Shown here piece after piece: positions 9,303-20,067 of a stretch of DNA of 27,546 nucleotides. The DNA is taken from positions 1 to 27,546 of the forward strand of contig JAYGCM010000048.1 in NCBI GenBank assembly GCA_046583355.1, given 5' to 3'. A model generated the notes under the pieces. That model was not told where the DNA came from, did no database searches, and was given only the letters and a program-made list of their open reading frames with translations. Numbering within the stretch: the stretch's first letter is position 1; the number at the start of each line of letters is the position of its first letter. A program made the translations under genes and the position numbers. Source of the stretch: Deltaproteobacteria bacterium (lineage in GTDB: Bacteria; Desulfobacterota; Binatia; UBA12015).

Positions 9303-10139
9303 ATGCGGAGTGGAATGCTGTTGGCGAGGACGGGCGAGAGGGGTGGCGTGGCGCTGCGGCGCAGGGCAAAACCGCGGGTGGCCCTTTGTGCCCTGCGGGC
9401 GCCGGGGCAGCGCACGGTCGAGGGTTCCGAGGGTGCGGCCGTCGCGCGGCATATGCCATTGGTGCGCCAGGTTGTGCAGCAAGCGCATGGTGTACTTCCT
9501 TCTTCGATCGAACACGATGAAGTCTTGAGCTGGGGAGTTGCCGGCCTGCTCGATGCGCTGCGTAAATTCGATGCAGATGCGGGTACGAGTTTTTCGACCT
9601 ACGCGCGCATTCGTATCCGTGGTTCGATCCTCGACCAGTTGCGTGGCCTCGATTGGGCTTCCCGCACGACACGGCAGAAGGCCAATCACCTCCGCCGCAG
9701 TACGCAGGAGTTGGAACATCGGCTCGGACGGCCGGCAGCGCCCGAAGAGATCGCGTCCGCGATGGATCTTTCGCTTGAGAAATACCATGCGCTACGCACG
9801 GAGGTGGGCGACCTCAGGCTGCTGTCGCTGGAGGAAATCTCCTTCGGCCGCGCGACCGAGAATCTCAGCTACGAAGAGTTCGTCCCCTCGCCGACAGCGG
9901 ACCCTCTCTCGATGCTGCTGGCCCGTGAGCGCAAGGATGCCGTCTCGCGCGCCATCGAGAGTCTGCCGGGAAAAGAGCGGTTGGTGATGCCGCTCTATTA
10001 TCGCTCCGAGATGACGATGAAAGAAGTGGGCCAGCGCCTGGGAATCACCGAGTCGCGCGTGTCCCAGTTGCATAGCAAGGCCTTGGTGCATCTGCGCAAT
10101 CTGCTCGAGCGACAAGCCCCGGAGATCACCCCTTCGTGA
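9303..10139 (+). CDS. fliA: FliA/WhiG family (sigma-28) RNA polymerase sigma factor
   Basis: GLLDALRKFD...FSTYARIRIRGSILDQLRGLDWASR (region 2), RLGRPA.PEEIA (region 3), TMKEVGQRLGITESRVSQLHSKAL (region 4). Start uncertain (9303, 9315 or 9348). Confidence 0.88.
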   Translation: MRSGMLLARTGERGGVALRRRAKPRVALCALRAPGQRTVEGSEGAAVARHMPLVRQVVQQAHGVLPSSIEHDEVLSWGVAGLLDALRKFDADAGTSFSTYARIRIRGSILDQLRGLDWASRTTRQKANHLRRSTQELEHRLGRPAAPEEIASAMDLSLEKYHALRTEVGDLRLLSLEEISFGRATENLSYEEFVPSPTADPLSMLLARERKDAVSRAIESLPGKERLVMPLYYRSEMTMKEVGQRLGITESRVSQLHSKALVHLRNLLERQAPEITPS

Positions 10140-10773
10140 GGTGCGCGATGCTGTCTCCTTGAGCGCGCCTGAGGTCGGCTGGCGTGTTGATATTGGTGAA
10201 GCTGCGCAACTCGGGGTCGATATGCTTGATGTCGGCCTCGCAGACGATACGCAGCCGCGCGGTCTCGAGGGCTTGTTTGGGGCTGTGGCAGCCGGCTTCG
10301 AGGGCTTCGGCAAAATGCGCCGCCATGGCATGGGTGCGGTAGGCCGCGACCAGGGGTTGTAGGCGGTCGCCTGTGTGGGGTACGAGGGCGTCAATTCCGG
10401 ATTCTTTTTCCAGACAGCGGCCGAGGAAGCCGACCAGCTCGGGCAGCAGGAAGGGAAGATCGCAGGAGACGGCGATCGTGATGGCCCCACGCGCCGCGCG
10501 CAGGCCCGCGACCAGGCCTGCCAGTGGGCCGCGTAGAGCCTCTTCATCGTGCGCGATCGTGAGGGGGCCCGGTCCGGCCAGCGCGTGCCAGGATTCGTTA
10601 TCCGCGTCGCCGGGCGCTGTGACCAAAACGAGTTCGTCGCATTGGGCTCGCATGGCGTCGGCCACGCGGCGTAGCATCGGACGGTCGCCGACCGTGAGTC
10701 CTGCCTTGGGTCGTCCCATCCGGCTGGCGCGGCCCCCGACCAGGATCACGCCGCTGCACGTGGGTTGGTTCAT
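10126..10773 (-). CDS. mobA: Molybdenum cofactor guanylyltransferase
   Basis: GVILVGGRASRMGRPKA, GPLAGL, SCDLPF, QPLVAAY, NINTPADL. Confidence 0.9.
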   Translation of the reverse strand: MNQPTCSGVILVGGRASRMGRPKAGLTVGDRPMLRRVADAMRAQCDELVLVTAPGDADNESWHALAGPGPLTIAHDEEALRGPLAGLVAGLRAARGAITIAVSCDLPFLLPELVGFLGRCLEKESGIDALVPHTGDRLQPLVAAYRTHAMAAHFAEALEAGCHSPKQALETARLRIVCEADIKHIDPELRSFTNINTPADLRRAQGDSIAHLTKG

Positions 10774-11369
10774 CCGCCCAGGCTCGGGATGAGCAGTCCG
10801 TCGTTGGTCAGGCAGGCATCCACCCGGGCGTCGTGGTCTTCGACCGGCAAGGTGTCGACGAGGTGCTCAGCGTGGCAGAGGCCGACGATTACCCAGCCGT
10901 GGCGACGCGCCGCGGGCAGCAGGCGGTCGTAATAGCCGCCGCCGCGCCCGAGGCGGCGGCCCTGGCGGTCGAGCGCGACGCTGGGGACCAGCATCAGCCG
11001 AGGCTGCGGCGGCGCGCCGAGTTCGATTGTCCCGCCGCTGGGCTGCAAGATGCCGTGCGGGCCGAGAACCAGCGGTTCGCCGTATGCGGCAGCGGGTGCG
11101 AATTCCAGCAGCCGGTCGGGGAGAATCCTCGGCAGAAGGATCTGCACACCGGCCGCAGCGCGTTGGGCCACCAGCAGGGCCGGGTCGATTTCGCCATCGC
11201 AGGCGATATAGGCCGCGATCGTGGCCGCGTCGTGCAGTAGGGGGGAGGTGGCCGAAAGGTCGCCTAAACGCTGGGCGCGGGCCTGCTCTTGAGCGGCGCT
11301 GAGCGCGCCGCGTTCGCGCCGGAAGTGGCTCCGCTTAATGCGCTTGGCCTCTTCGGCCGAGGTTCCCAT
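10770..11369 (-). CDS. ygfA: 5-formyltetrahydrofolate cyclo-ligase (YgfA/Fau family)
   Basis: GEID, LLPR, LVPSVALDRQGRRLGRGGGYYDRLL, LPVEDHD. Confidence 0.92.
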   Translation of the reverse strand: MGTSAEEAKRIKRSHFRRERGALSAAQEQARAQRLGDLSATSPLLHDAATIAAYIACDGEIDPALLVAQRAAAGVQILLPRILPDRLLEFAPAAAYGEPLVLGPHGILQPSGGTIELGAPPQPRLMLVPSVALDRQGRRLGRGGGYYDRLLPAARRHGWVIVGLCHAEHLVDTLPVEDHDARVDACLTNDGLLIPSLGG

Positions 11370-11377
11370 AGGCCGCT

Positions 11378-11404
11378 TGTAACCTCGCGGGCCGCACTGT
11401 TACA
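11378..11404. promoter_or_regulatory. Palindrome TGTAAC-N15-GTTACA in the ygfA/metK divergent spacer
   Basis: Perfect 6-bp inverted repeat in a 94-bp divergent intergenic region. Confidence 0.35.
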
Positions 11405-11463
11405 GCAAGATCACTGTTTTCTGCGCCGAATGTGGCGCATTTCCCCATGGAGGAAGCGCCGGA

Positions 11464-12630
11464 ATGGCCCTCGAGAATTATCTTTTCACTTCAGAATCCG
11501 TGTCCGAAGGGCACCCCGACAAAATGTGCGACCAGATCTCGGACGCCGTCGTCGATGCCATCATAGAACAAGACCCCAAGGCTCGTATTGCCTGCGAGGT
11601 CATGGTCAAGACGGGCATGGCGGTGGTGGCCGGCGAGATCACGACGACGGCGATCCTCTCCTATCCGGAGATTGTCCGCGCCACGATCAAGGACATTGGC
11701 TACACCTCGTCCGATATGGGTTTCGATTATGAAACCTGCGCGGTTCTGACCGCGATCGACCGGCAATCGCCGGATATCAACCAGGGCGTCGACCGCGAGA
11801 GCGAAGACGATCAGGGTGCCGGCGATCAGGGCCTGATGTTCGGCTTCGCCTGCAACGATACGCCTGAGTATATGCCGATGGCGATCTCGCTCTCGCATCG
11901 TCTGGTCAAGTATCTGGCGCAGGTCCGCAAAGACGGGCAATACCCCTTCTTGCGCCCCGACTCGAAATCTCAGGTGACGGTGCGATACGAGAACGGCAAG
12001 CCGACGGCTGTGACGGCCGTGGTTCTGTCGACTCAGCATGATCCAGACGTGACCAACGAGACATTGCGCGAGGCAATGATCGAGGGCGTCATCAAGAAGG
12101 TGATCCCGGCTGAGTTGCTGGCGGGCGATGTGAAATACCATATCAATCCGACCGGCCGCTTCGTGGTCGGCGGACCGATGGGCGATTGCGGCCTCACCGG
12201 GCGCAAGATCATCGTCGATACCTATGGTGGCTTTGGCCGCCATGGTGGTGGCGCGTTCTCCGGCAAGGATCCCTCCAAGGTGGATCGCAGCGCGGCGTAT
12301 ATGGGCCGTTATATGGCCAAGAATATCGTCGCGGCTGGGCTGGCCGACCGATGCGAAGTGCAACTCGCTTACGCCATCGGTGTTGCCAAACCTCTTTCCC
12401 TGCTGGTCGATACCTTCGGCACGGGCACGGTTTCCGAGGAGAAGATCGTTGCGGCATTGGACGCCGTGCTTGACCTGCGGCCGGCGGCGATTATCCGTAC
12501 GCTGGACCTCCTGCGCCCGATCTACCGCAAGACTGCGGCCTACGGCCATTTCGGCCAGGCGCCCGAAGGCGGCTTCTTCCCTTGGGAGAAAGAGGACCAG
12601 GTCGAGGCTTTGCAAGCGGCCTGCGCCTGA
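11464..12630 (+). CDS. metK: S-adenosylmethionine synthetase
   Basis: [56 protein letters not shown]. Confidence 0.98.
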   Translation: MALENYLFTSESVSEGHPDKMCDQISDAVVDAIIEQDPKARIACEVMVKTGMAVVAGEITTTAILSYPEIVRATIKDIGYTSSDMGFDYETCAVLTAIDRQSPDINQGVDRESEDDQGAGDQGLMFGFACNDTPEYMPMAISLSHRLVKYLAQVRKDGQYPFLRPDSKSQVTVRYENGKPTAVTAVVLSTQHDPDVTNETLREAMIEGVIKKVIPAELLAGDVKYHINPTGRFVVGGPMGDCGLTGRKIIVDTYGGFGRHGGGAFSGKDPSKVDRSAAYMGRYMAKNIVAAGLADRCEVQLAYAIGVAKPLSLLVDTFGTGTVSEEKIVAALDAVLDLRPAAIIRTLDLLRPIYRKTAAYGHFGQAPEGGFFPWEKEDQVEALQAACA

Positions 12631-12646
12631 GCTTCCGCTACGGATT

Positions 12647-12694
12647 GAGACGAAAAAGGCCCCTCGCTGTTGGCGAGGGGCCTTTTTTTGTCTC
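12647..12694. terminator. Bidirectional rho-independent terminator
   Basis: AAAAAGGCCCCTCGC-tgttg-GCGAGGGGCCTTTTTTT with outer GAGAC/GTCTC, between convergent genes. Confidence 0.9.
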
Positions 12695-12740
12695 GGCGTG
12701 ACTCGGCGCGTATGTGGCGCGACCGAAGCCAAGCGTGGCC

Positions 12741-12947
12741 TTAGTGGTGTACGACCTGTTCGGGCGGCGCGCTGAGGCCGCCGACGGCCTCAGCGAAATG
12801 GCCGAATTCTTCTTCACTGAGGTAAAGATCGAGGCCGTGGTCGAAAAAGGAGATCGTGATATTGGCCTGGCCTTCATCGTCGATGAAGCGGAGGATCCGA
12901 AAGCACTCGCATTCGTACAGGACATCTTCTTCTGCGCGGTCGGTCAT
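12741..12947 (-). CDS. Small acidic hypothetical protein (68 aa)
   Basis: Purine-rich SD (GGAAAGGGAG) upstream, protein-like composition, fills the intergenic gap, and ends facing the bidirectional terminator. Confidence 0.7.
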   Translation of the reverse strand: MTDRAEEDVLYECECFRILRFIDDEGQANITISFFDHGLDLYLSEEEFGHFAEAVGGLSAPPEQVVHH

Positions 12948-13069
12948 CACTGGTTCTCCCTTTCCTGCCTTTAGCGGAAAAGAGGCCGCATAACAGGCCC
13001 AGGAGCCCAGGCTTTCCCAGGCTCGTCTTGGAGTAGAAGCGCGGCGATTCCCGCGCTAAATTCGCTTCC

Positions 13070-13540
13070 GTGCAAGGGGCTTATGAAATCCGTCTCGGCC
13101 AGGCGCGTGATGAGGGCTGGATTCTCGACCTCGGGGAAGAGCTTTTCCACGACCTGGGCGATTATCGTGAAATCCTTGGGCATTGGCTCGCGGTCCCCGG
13201 AACGGTGACCTGGGTGGCCGAGGGGTCGGCCGGACTCTGCGGCTTCTCCTTGGTCGCGCGGCGTCATGGCCTGGGCTTCCTCTGGCGTCCGTGGGTGGAG
13301 TTGGTGGGGATCGGCACGACCGCGAGCGCGCGCCGCTGCGGCGTAGGTGGACAGCTTTTGCAGGCGGCCACGGCGACCGGGCGCGAGTGGCATGCCCGCG
13401 AGATGCGCCTGCATACCGCGCGGGGAAACGAGAGCGGGCAGGCCTTCTTCTCGGCGAGGGGTTTCCGCAGCCTTCCCGGCCAGGCTGCTTTTTACCCCTC
13501 GGGCGAACCGGCTCTGCCGATGGTGCGCCCGCTGGACTGA
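13070..13540 (+). CDS. GNAT family N-acetyltransferase (RimI-like)
   Basis: Acetyl-CoA motif A, ARRCGVGGQLL; LHTARGNESGQAFFSARGF; FYPSGEPALPM. Confidence 0.8.
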   Translation: MQGAYEIRLGQARDEGWILDLGEELFHDLGDYREILGHWLAVPGTVTWVAEGSAGLCGFSLVARRHGLGFLWRPWVELVGIGTTASARRCGVGGQLLQAATATGREWHAREMRLHTARGNESGQAFFSARGFRSLPGQAAFYPSGEPALPMVRPLD

Positions 13541-13551
13541 GAGTGTGTCCG

Positions 13552-14091
13552 TCAGCGAGCGCGTTCGAGCAGGCCGAGGTAGCTGGTCGGAATCGCTTCC
13601 TGATCGCTCAGGCCGAGAACCTCAAGCACGGCCTCGAGCGCCTGGCGTCCCGCCGCGGCTTCCTCGGCCAGGACCTCGACCTCGGCAAAGGTGCCGAGGC
13701 CCGCGACCTCATCGATGCAGACGGTGGCGGCATATGGCTCGGTCAGGCGCCATTCTTCGCGTCGCTTGGAGACTCGTGCGACGGGCCGGAAGCCCAGCGC
13801 TTCGAGCAGCCGGGTTGCCGTGGCGAGATCGGTGCCAAGGGCGAATTCGATCTCTTCGCGGGTCTTCAGGGGAGGGTCGATTTTGCGACCCTTCCAGGTG
13901 ATCGTCAGGCCCTCGTCGCAGCGTAGGCGCAGGGCCTCATCGCGCGCTTTGAGGTCGCGGCTCGGGTGGGAGAAGTAGAGGTCTTCCTGTTTGCGGAGAT
14001 GGGGCTCGCCGGTGCTGAGATGCAAAAGCCGATCGCGTAGACCAGCGATCGCATCGCTATCCGGCTGGATTTTGATCTCTACCTCAAGCAT
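13552..14091 (-). CDS. cyaB: CYTH-domain protein, class IV adenylate cyclase (CyaB)-like
   Basis: From ATG 14091: EVEIK (ExExK), DLYF, ALRLR, TWKG, REEIE, KRREE, CIDEVAGLGTFAEVE, SYL. Confidence 0.85.
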   Translation of the reverse strand: MLEVEIKIQPDSDAIAGLRDRLLHLSTGEPHLRKQEDLYFSHPSRDLKARDEALRLRCDEGLTITWKGRKIDPPLKTREEIEFALGTDLATATRLLEALGFRPVARVSKRREEWRLTEPYAATVCIDEVAGLGTFAEVEVLAEEAAAGRQALEAVLEVLGLSDQEAIPTSYLGLLERAR

Positions 14092-14548
14092 TCGCAGCCT
14101 CGATGCTGCGGCGGTATTGTTTGAGCAGATCATTGTCGAGGTTGCGGATCGGGTAGCGGTTTCCTGTGCTATGATTGACCACGCGCGTGCCCTCGAAATC
14201 GACGCGTAGCTCGTCGCCTGTCCGGATGCCCAGCGCCTCGCTGAGAACGACGACGCGTAATCCGAGTTCGGCGGCAAACGCCGCGAAGCGCTCGTCGATC
14301 GCGTCGGTGAGCACCGCTCCGATGCCGAGTCCGAGCAGCGCGCGGATGGGGCGATCATCGGCGATGCCGTCGCCGAAGCGACCCGCCACCAGCATATCGC
14401 CCGCGCGAATGCGCCCGGCCAGGCCCGGGTCGACGTCGGCGAGGACCAGCGCCGCCTCTGTACCAATCAACTCCGCGGGAACATCGAGGCCGAGCGCCCA
14501 GGCGCGGCCGCTTATGATCGGGATCCATTCGAACTCTGCTTTGGGCAT
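14084..14548 (-). CDS. LeuD/HacB-like (aconitase swivel domain) protein with degenerate active-site motifs
   Basis: Colinear by eye with type-2 IPMI small subunits: GRAW.LG, D...AGRIRAGDMLVAG.FG, ALLGLGIGAV, LGL, IRTGDELRVDF...NHSTG. Lacks DTD, NFGCGSSRE and RIF..N. Confidence 0.7.
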   Translation of the reverse strand: MPKAEFEWIPIISGRAWALGLDVPAELIGTEAALVLADVDPGLAGRIRAGDMLVAGRFGDGIADDRPIRALLGLGIGAVLTDAIDERFAAFAAELGLRVVVLSEALGIRTGDELRVDFEGTRVVNHSTGNRYPIRNLDNDLLKQYRRSIEAANA

Positions 14549-14601
14549 GGGTCTTTCCTAACCGGATCGCAGAGATCTCGCACAATCAGTAGAGAAGGGG
14601 C

Positions 14602-15351
14602 ATGCGGATCTTGGTCACCAATGATGATGGCATTCTCGCGCCGGGAATCCGGGCGCTGGCGGAGGCGCTGAGCGGGCTCGGCACGGTGGATGTGGTCGCG
14701 CCGGACTCGGGCCAGAGCGGATCGGGCCATGCGATCACCTTCATGGCGCCGCTGATCGCCGAGCGCATTTCGGTTGACGGCAGCGATTTCGGCTGGAGTG
14801 TCGACGGGAGTCCGGCCGATTGTGTGAAGCTGGCGGTCCGTGAACTCTGCGAGGCACCGCCGGATCTGGTCGTTTCGGGCATCAATGCTGGCGCCAATCG
14901 GGGCATCGATGTTCTTTATTCCGGCACGGTGGCGGCGGCTGCGGAGGCCGCTTTTATCGGGATCCCGGCCATCGCGGTCTCGCTTGAGGCATCCGCCGGT
15001 TTCGACTTCGAGGGTGCCGGTATCTGGGCTCGGCGGGTAGTCGAGCGGGCGTTGGAACTCGGAATCACACCGGGAACCGTGCTGAACGTGAATATCCCGG
15101 CGCTCGATCGCGGCGAGCCGCAGGGCGTGAAGCTGGCGCCGCAGAGCACCTCGCCCTGGGAGGATTTCTATATCCGCCGTGAGGATCCACGCGGGCGGGC
15201 CTATTTCTGGCTGACCGGCGAAGGTCCGGAGCCGGTCGACGGCGAAGAGACGGATCTGATTGCCCTGCGCCACGGCTGGGTGACGATCACGCCTCTGCAA
15301 TACGATCTTACGCAACGTGCGCAGCTGGAATATCTCAAGAGCGTTTGGTGA
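14602..15351 (+). CDS. surE: 5'/3'-nucleotidase SurE
   Basis: MRILVTNDDG, VVAP...QSG, GSPADCV, VSGINAGAN, YSGTVAAA, LNVNIP. Confidence 0.96.
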   Translation: MRILVTNDDGILAPGIRALAEALSGLGTVDVVAPDSGQSGSGHAITFMAPLIAERISVDGSDFGWSVDGSPADCVKLAVRELCEAPPDLVVSGINAGANRGIDVLYSGTVAAAAEAAFIGIPAIAVSLEASAGFDFEGAGIWARRVVERALELGITPGTVLNVNIPALDRGEPQGVKLAPQSTSPWEDFYIRREDPRGRAYFWLTGEGPEPVDGEETDLIALRHGWVTITPLQYDLTQRAQLEYLKSVW

Positions 15352-15453
15352 GACGGCCGCCGCCTGCATTGTAGTGCCCCGCCGGTTTGGTAGATCGACG
15401 GGAACGATGAAGCACGCACCCGATTCCCGACGCCGCAGCGAAATGGAAAGAGC

Positions 15454-17255
<1,802 letters not shown>

Positions 17256-17259
<4 letters not shown>

Positions 17260-17287
17260 AGGTCCGGCTTTTCGGCCGGACCGCTAG
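17256..17287. terminator. Hairpin between convergent aspS and vapC
   Basis: CTAG-a-GGTCCGGC-ttttcg-GCCGGACC-g-CTAG. Confidence 0.6.
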
Positions 17288-17305
17288 TCAGCATGGGACG
17301 GCCGG

Positions 17306-17701
17306 CTATGGGGCCAGGGAGTGCTCTCGTAGCGGGGAAATGGCGGCAAGCGCTTTGAAGTCCCGATCTCGATGAAGGAGCAGGGCGTCATGGCGAATGG
17401 CGCAGGCTGCAATCAGGCAATCGGTGGAGGAGCGGATTGTTTGGCCCGCGCGGCGGGCGGCACGAAAGAGGTCGGCCGCTTCGCAGAAGACCTGTTCGTC
17501 AAGCGGAGTTTCCAGGATCGGCAGGGACAGGAGCGCATTCCGGAAGAGACGGAAGCTATGTTCGTCGCGAATTCCCTGGAGAAGCTCCTGGATGATCGGC
17601 AAGCAAGTGACGATTTCGGGGAAATCGACGGTCGTCTCCAGATCGAGAGGGCGGCTTTTGCGCAGCATCGCGATCCAGACCGATGTGTCGACGAGAGTCA
17701 T
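17306..17701 (-). CDS. vapC: VapC PIN-domain toxin (ribonuclease)
   Basis: LVDTSVWI, QELLQG, DCLIAACA, LLHRDRDF acidic PIN residues. ATGA-coupled to the antitoxin. Confidence 0.92.
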   Translation of the reverse strand: MTLVDTSVWIAMLRKSRPLDLETTVDFPEIVTCLPIIQELLQGIRDEHSFRLFRNALLSLPILETPLDEQVFCEAADLFRAARRAGQTIRSSTDCLIAACAIRHDALLLHRDRDFKALAAISPLREHSLAP

Positions 17702-17913
17702 GAGCGGCGTTGGCCGGAGCTGTCGCCCCGCATTTCCGCGAGATTCCCCTCCCAGACGCCGCTGCCCCGGAAGTCCAGCATGCGCCGCGCGCGTGCATGG
17801 CGCACATATTCCTCCATCGCCCGGCTGACGGCCCGCGAGTAGGTCTTTTCACCGCTCACTTGGACGACCTCGTTCAAGAGATCCTCCTGAAGCACAAGAT
17901 TTGTACGTTTCAT
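17698..17913 (-). CDS. vapB: VapB antitoxin (RHH type)
   Basis: MKRTNLVLQEDLL...KTYSRAV..AMEEYV...WEGNLAEMR, directly upstream of the PIN gene. Confidence 0.88.
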   Translation of the reverse strand: MKRTNLVLQEDLLNEVVQVSGEKTYSRAVSRAMEEYVRHARARRMLDFRGSGVWEGNLAEMRGDSSGQRRS

Positions 17914-18030
17914 ACACAAATGCAGTATCACAAGGCGCGATGTCCGTCACTCCAAGGGGAATGGGTCCGGGGAACCCGGAGCGATTCCGTGATTCCGGAG
18001 TGGCACCGCCGCCCGTGAAGGATCGCGCCG

Positions 18031-19119
18031 CTAAAGGTCGGGGAAGGCGGCGCTTACGCCGGGGTGGACGATGCGGCCACGGTCGATGTTCAGAGCGCGG
18101 CGCAGCGGCGCGCTTTCCTCGAGTGCGGCTGCGATGCCTTGATCGGCAAGCAGCATGACGTAGTGCAGGGTGGAACTGGTCAGCGCCTGGGTCGAGGTAT
18201 GGGGCACGATCCCGGGCATATTCGCGACGGCATAATGCACCACGCCGCTCTCCGTGAAGACCGGCTCGGCGTGCGTGGTCACGCGTGAGGTTGCCGCGAT
18301 GCCGCCTTGGTCAATCGATATATCCACGATCGCGGCGCCCGTGCGCATCTCGTCGACAAGCTCGCGTGAGATCAGCCGCGGGGCGCGCGCGCCGGGGATC
18401 AGGACCGCGCCGATCACCAGATCGGCGGCCCGGACTTCCTCTTCCAGATTGGCCTGGTTCGACATCACGGTGGTTATGTGGCCGCCCAGGATATCGTGCA
18501 CATAGCGCAGTCGGGTCGGGTTGATATCGAGAATGGTTACGTCCGCGCCGATGCCGACCGCGACCTGGCAGGCGCTGGTGCCGGAGATCCCGGCGCCGAC
18601 GATCACGACCTTGCCGGGCTTGACCCCGGCGACGCCCGAGAGCAGCACGCCGCGGCCACCATTCTGGTGCTGCAGGCACCAGGAGCCGACTTGGACGGCG
18701 AGGCGCCCGGCAACCTCGCTCATGGGCGCGAGGAGTGGCAGAGAGCGGTCGTCGAGTTGCAGGGTCTCATAGGCAAGCGCCGTCGTGCCGGAGTCCAGCA
18801 GGGCCCGGGTGAGGTTCTCGTCGGCTGCCAGGTGCAGGTAGGTGAAGAGCCCGAGGTCTGCTCGCAGATAGGAATATTCCTCGGCGACCGGTTCCTTCAC
18901 TTTCAGCACAAGATCGGCGCCGGCCCAGGTCTCATCGGCCTCGGCTACGATGGTAGCGCCCGCCTGGATATAGAGTGCGTCGGGCAGGCTGGAGCCGGCC
19001 CCGGCTCCGCGTTGCACGAAGACCGAGTGTCCGTGCGCCGTTAATGCGGCAGCACCGGCCGGGGTGAGGGCAACCCTATTCTCCTCAAGCTTGATCTCTG
19101 TTGGAACACTGATGTTCAT
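18031..19119 (-). CDS. ald: Alanine dehydrogenase
   Basis: [65 protein letters not shown]. Confidence 0.96.
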   Translation of the reverse strand: MNISVPTEIKLEENRVALTPAGAAALTAHGHSVFVQRGAGAGSSLPDALYIQAGATIVAEADETWAGADLVLKVKEPVAEEYSYLRADLGLFTYLHLAADENLTRALLDSGTTALAYETLQLDDRSLPLLAPMSEVAGRLAVQVGSWCLQHQNGGRGVLLSGVAGVKPGKVVIVGAGISGTSACQVAVGIGADVTILDINPTRLRYVHDILGGHITTVMSNQANLEEEVRAADLVIGAVLIPGARAPRLISRELVDEMRTGAAIVDISIDQGGIAATSRVTTHAEPVFTESGVVHYAVANMPGIVPHTSTQALTSSTLHYVMLLADQGIAAALEESAPLRRALNIDRGRIVHPGVSAAFPDL

Positions 19120-19203
19120 GGTCGCTCCCTACCACCGCGAGTTGTCGGTGCCGATTGCTCTTGTCTTTACTCCGGGCAGGCCAGCCCCTATTCAACTGGG
19201 CAT

Positions 19204-20067
19204 ATGAGCAAGGAGACCGGGGGAGGGGCGCTGCGGATCGACGGCAAGGCGATTGCCGCCAAGGTGCGCGGCGAGGTGGCCAAGGACGTGGCGATGCTGC
19301 GCGAGAAGGGGATTCAACCCGGATTGGCTACCGTATTGGTCGGCGAAGACCCGGCCTCCGCGATCTATGTGCGCAACAAAGTACGTGCCTGCGAGGAGGT
19401 CGGTATCGTGTCGATCGGCAAGCAATTGCCCGCCTCGACCAGCCAGGCGGCGCTGCTGGCGGTGGTGGATGAACTCAACGCACGCGACGATGTCCACGGC
19501 ATTCTGGTGCAATTGCCGCTGCCGGCAGGACTCGATTCGAGCGAGATCATCGAGCGCATTGCCCCGCAGAAGGATGTCGACGGCCTGCACCCGGTGAACC
19601 AGGGGCGCCTGCTCGCGGGGCAGCCCGGCCTGCGCCCCTGTACTCCGCTGGGCTCGATGCGGCTCCTTGCCGAGGCGGGCGTCGAGCTCAAGGGCAAGCG
19701 CGCTATCGTCGTCGGGCGTAGCGTGCTGGTGGGCAAGCCGATCGCGCTTCTTTTGTTGGAGCAACACGCCACGGTCACGATCTGCCATTCGCGCACGGAG
19801 GATCTGGCCGGCGAGATCGGTCGCGCGGATGTCGTGATCGCGGCATTGGGCCGCGCTGAGGCGATTCGCGGCGAGTGGATCAAGCCAGGCGCCGCGGTGA
19901 TTGATGTGGGCATCACGCGCACCGACGACGGCCTCAAGGGGGATGTCGAGTTTCTGGCGGCGAGCGAACGTGCGGGCTGCATCACGCCTGTGCCCGGCGG
20001 TGTCGGCCCGATGACGATCGCCATGCTTCTGCGCAATACGGTCATGGCCGCGACTGCCGAGGCCTGA
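19204..20067 (+). CDS. folD: Bifunctional methylenetetrahydrofolate dehydrogenase/cyclohydrolase
   Basis: [50 protein letters not shown]. Confidence 0.97.
   Translation: MSKETGGGALRIDGKAIAAKVRGEVAKDVAMLREKGIQPGLATVLVGEDPASAIYVRNKVRACEEVGIVSIGKQLPASTSQAALLAVVDELNARDDVHGILVQLPLPAGLDSSEIIERIAPQKDVDGLHPVNQGRLLAGQPGLRPCTPLGSMRLLAEAGVELKGKRAIVVGRSVLVGKPIALLLLEQHATVTICHSRTEDLAGEIGRADVVIAALGRAEAIRGEWIKPGAAVIDVGITRTDDGLKGDVEFLAASERAGCITPVPGGVGPMTIAMLLRNTVMAATAEA

Noticed and set aside
9055..9672. Apparent 206-aa N-terminal extension of QueG
   Set aside because: Low-complexity R/P/A sequence overlapping the sigma gene and its promoter; QueG homology begins near 9054.
11370..11463. 6S RNA upstream of ygfA, or SAM riboswitch upstream of metK
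   Set aside because: The spacer is only 94 bp, too short for 6S, and I could not match SAM-I, SAM-II, SAM-V or SAM-SAH core motifs by eye. An Rfam scan would be decisive.
11491..12732. 413-aa ORF antisense to metK
   Set aside because: Shadow ORF that runs through the terminator hairpin.
14092..14466. Apparent N-terminal extension of the CYTH protein, or a fusion
   Set aside because: It overlaps the LeuD-like gene in another frame, and CYTH proteins begin at the ExExK motif (ATG 14091).
19120..19203. Glycine riboswitch for the gcv genes
   Set aside because: The spacer is short and lacks the GGAGA...GAAG...CAGG aptamer pattern; gcvT itself overlaps folD.
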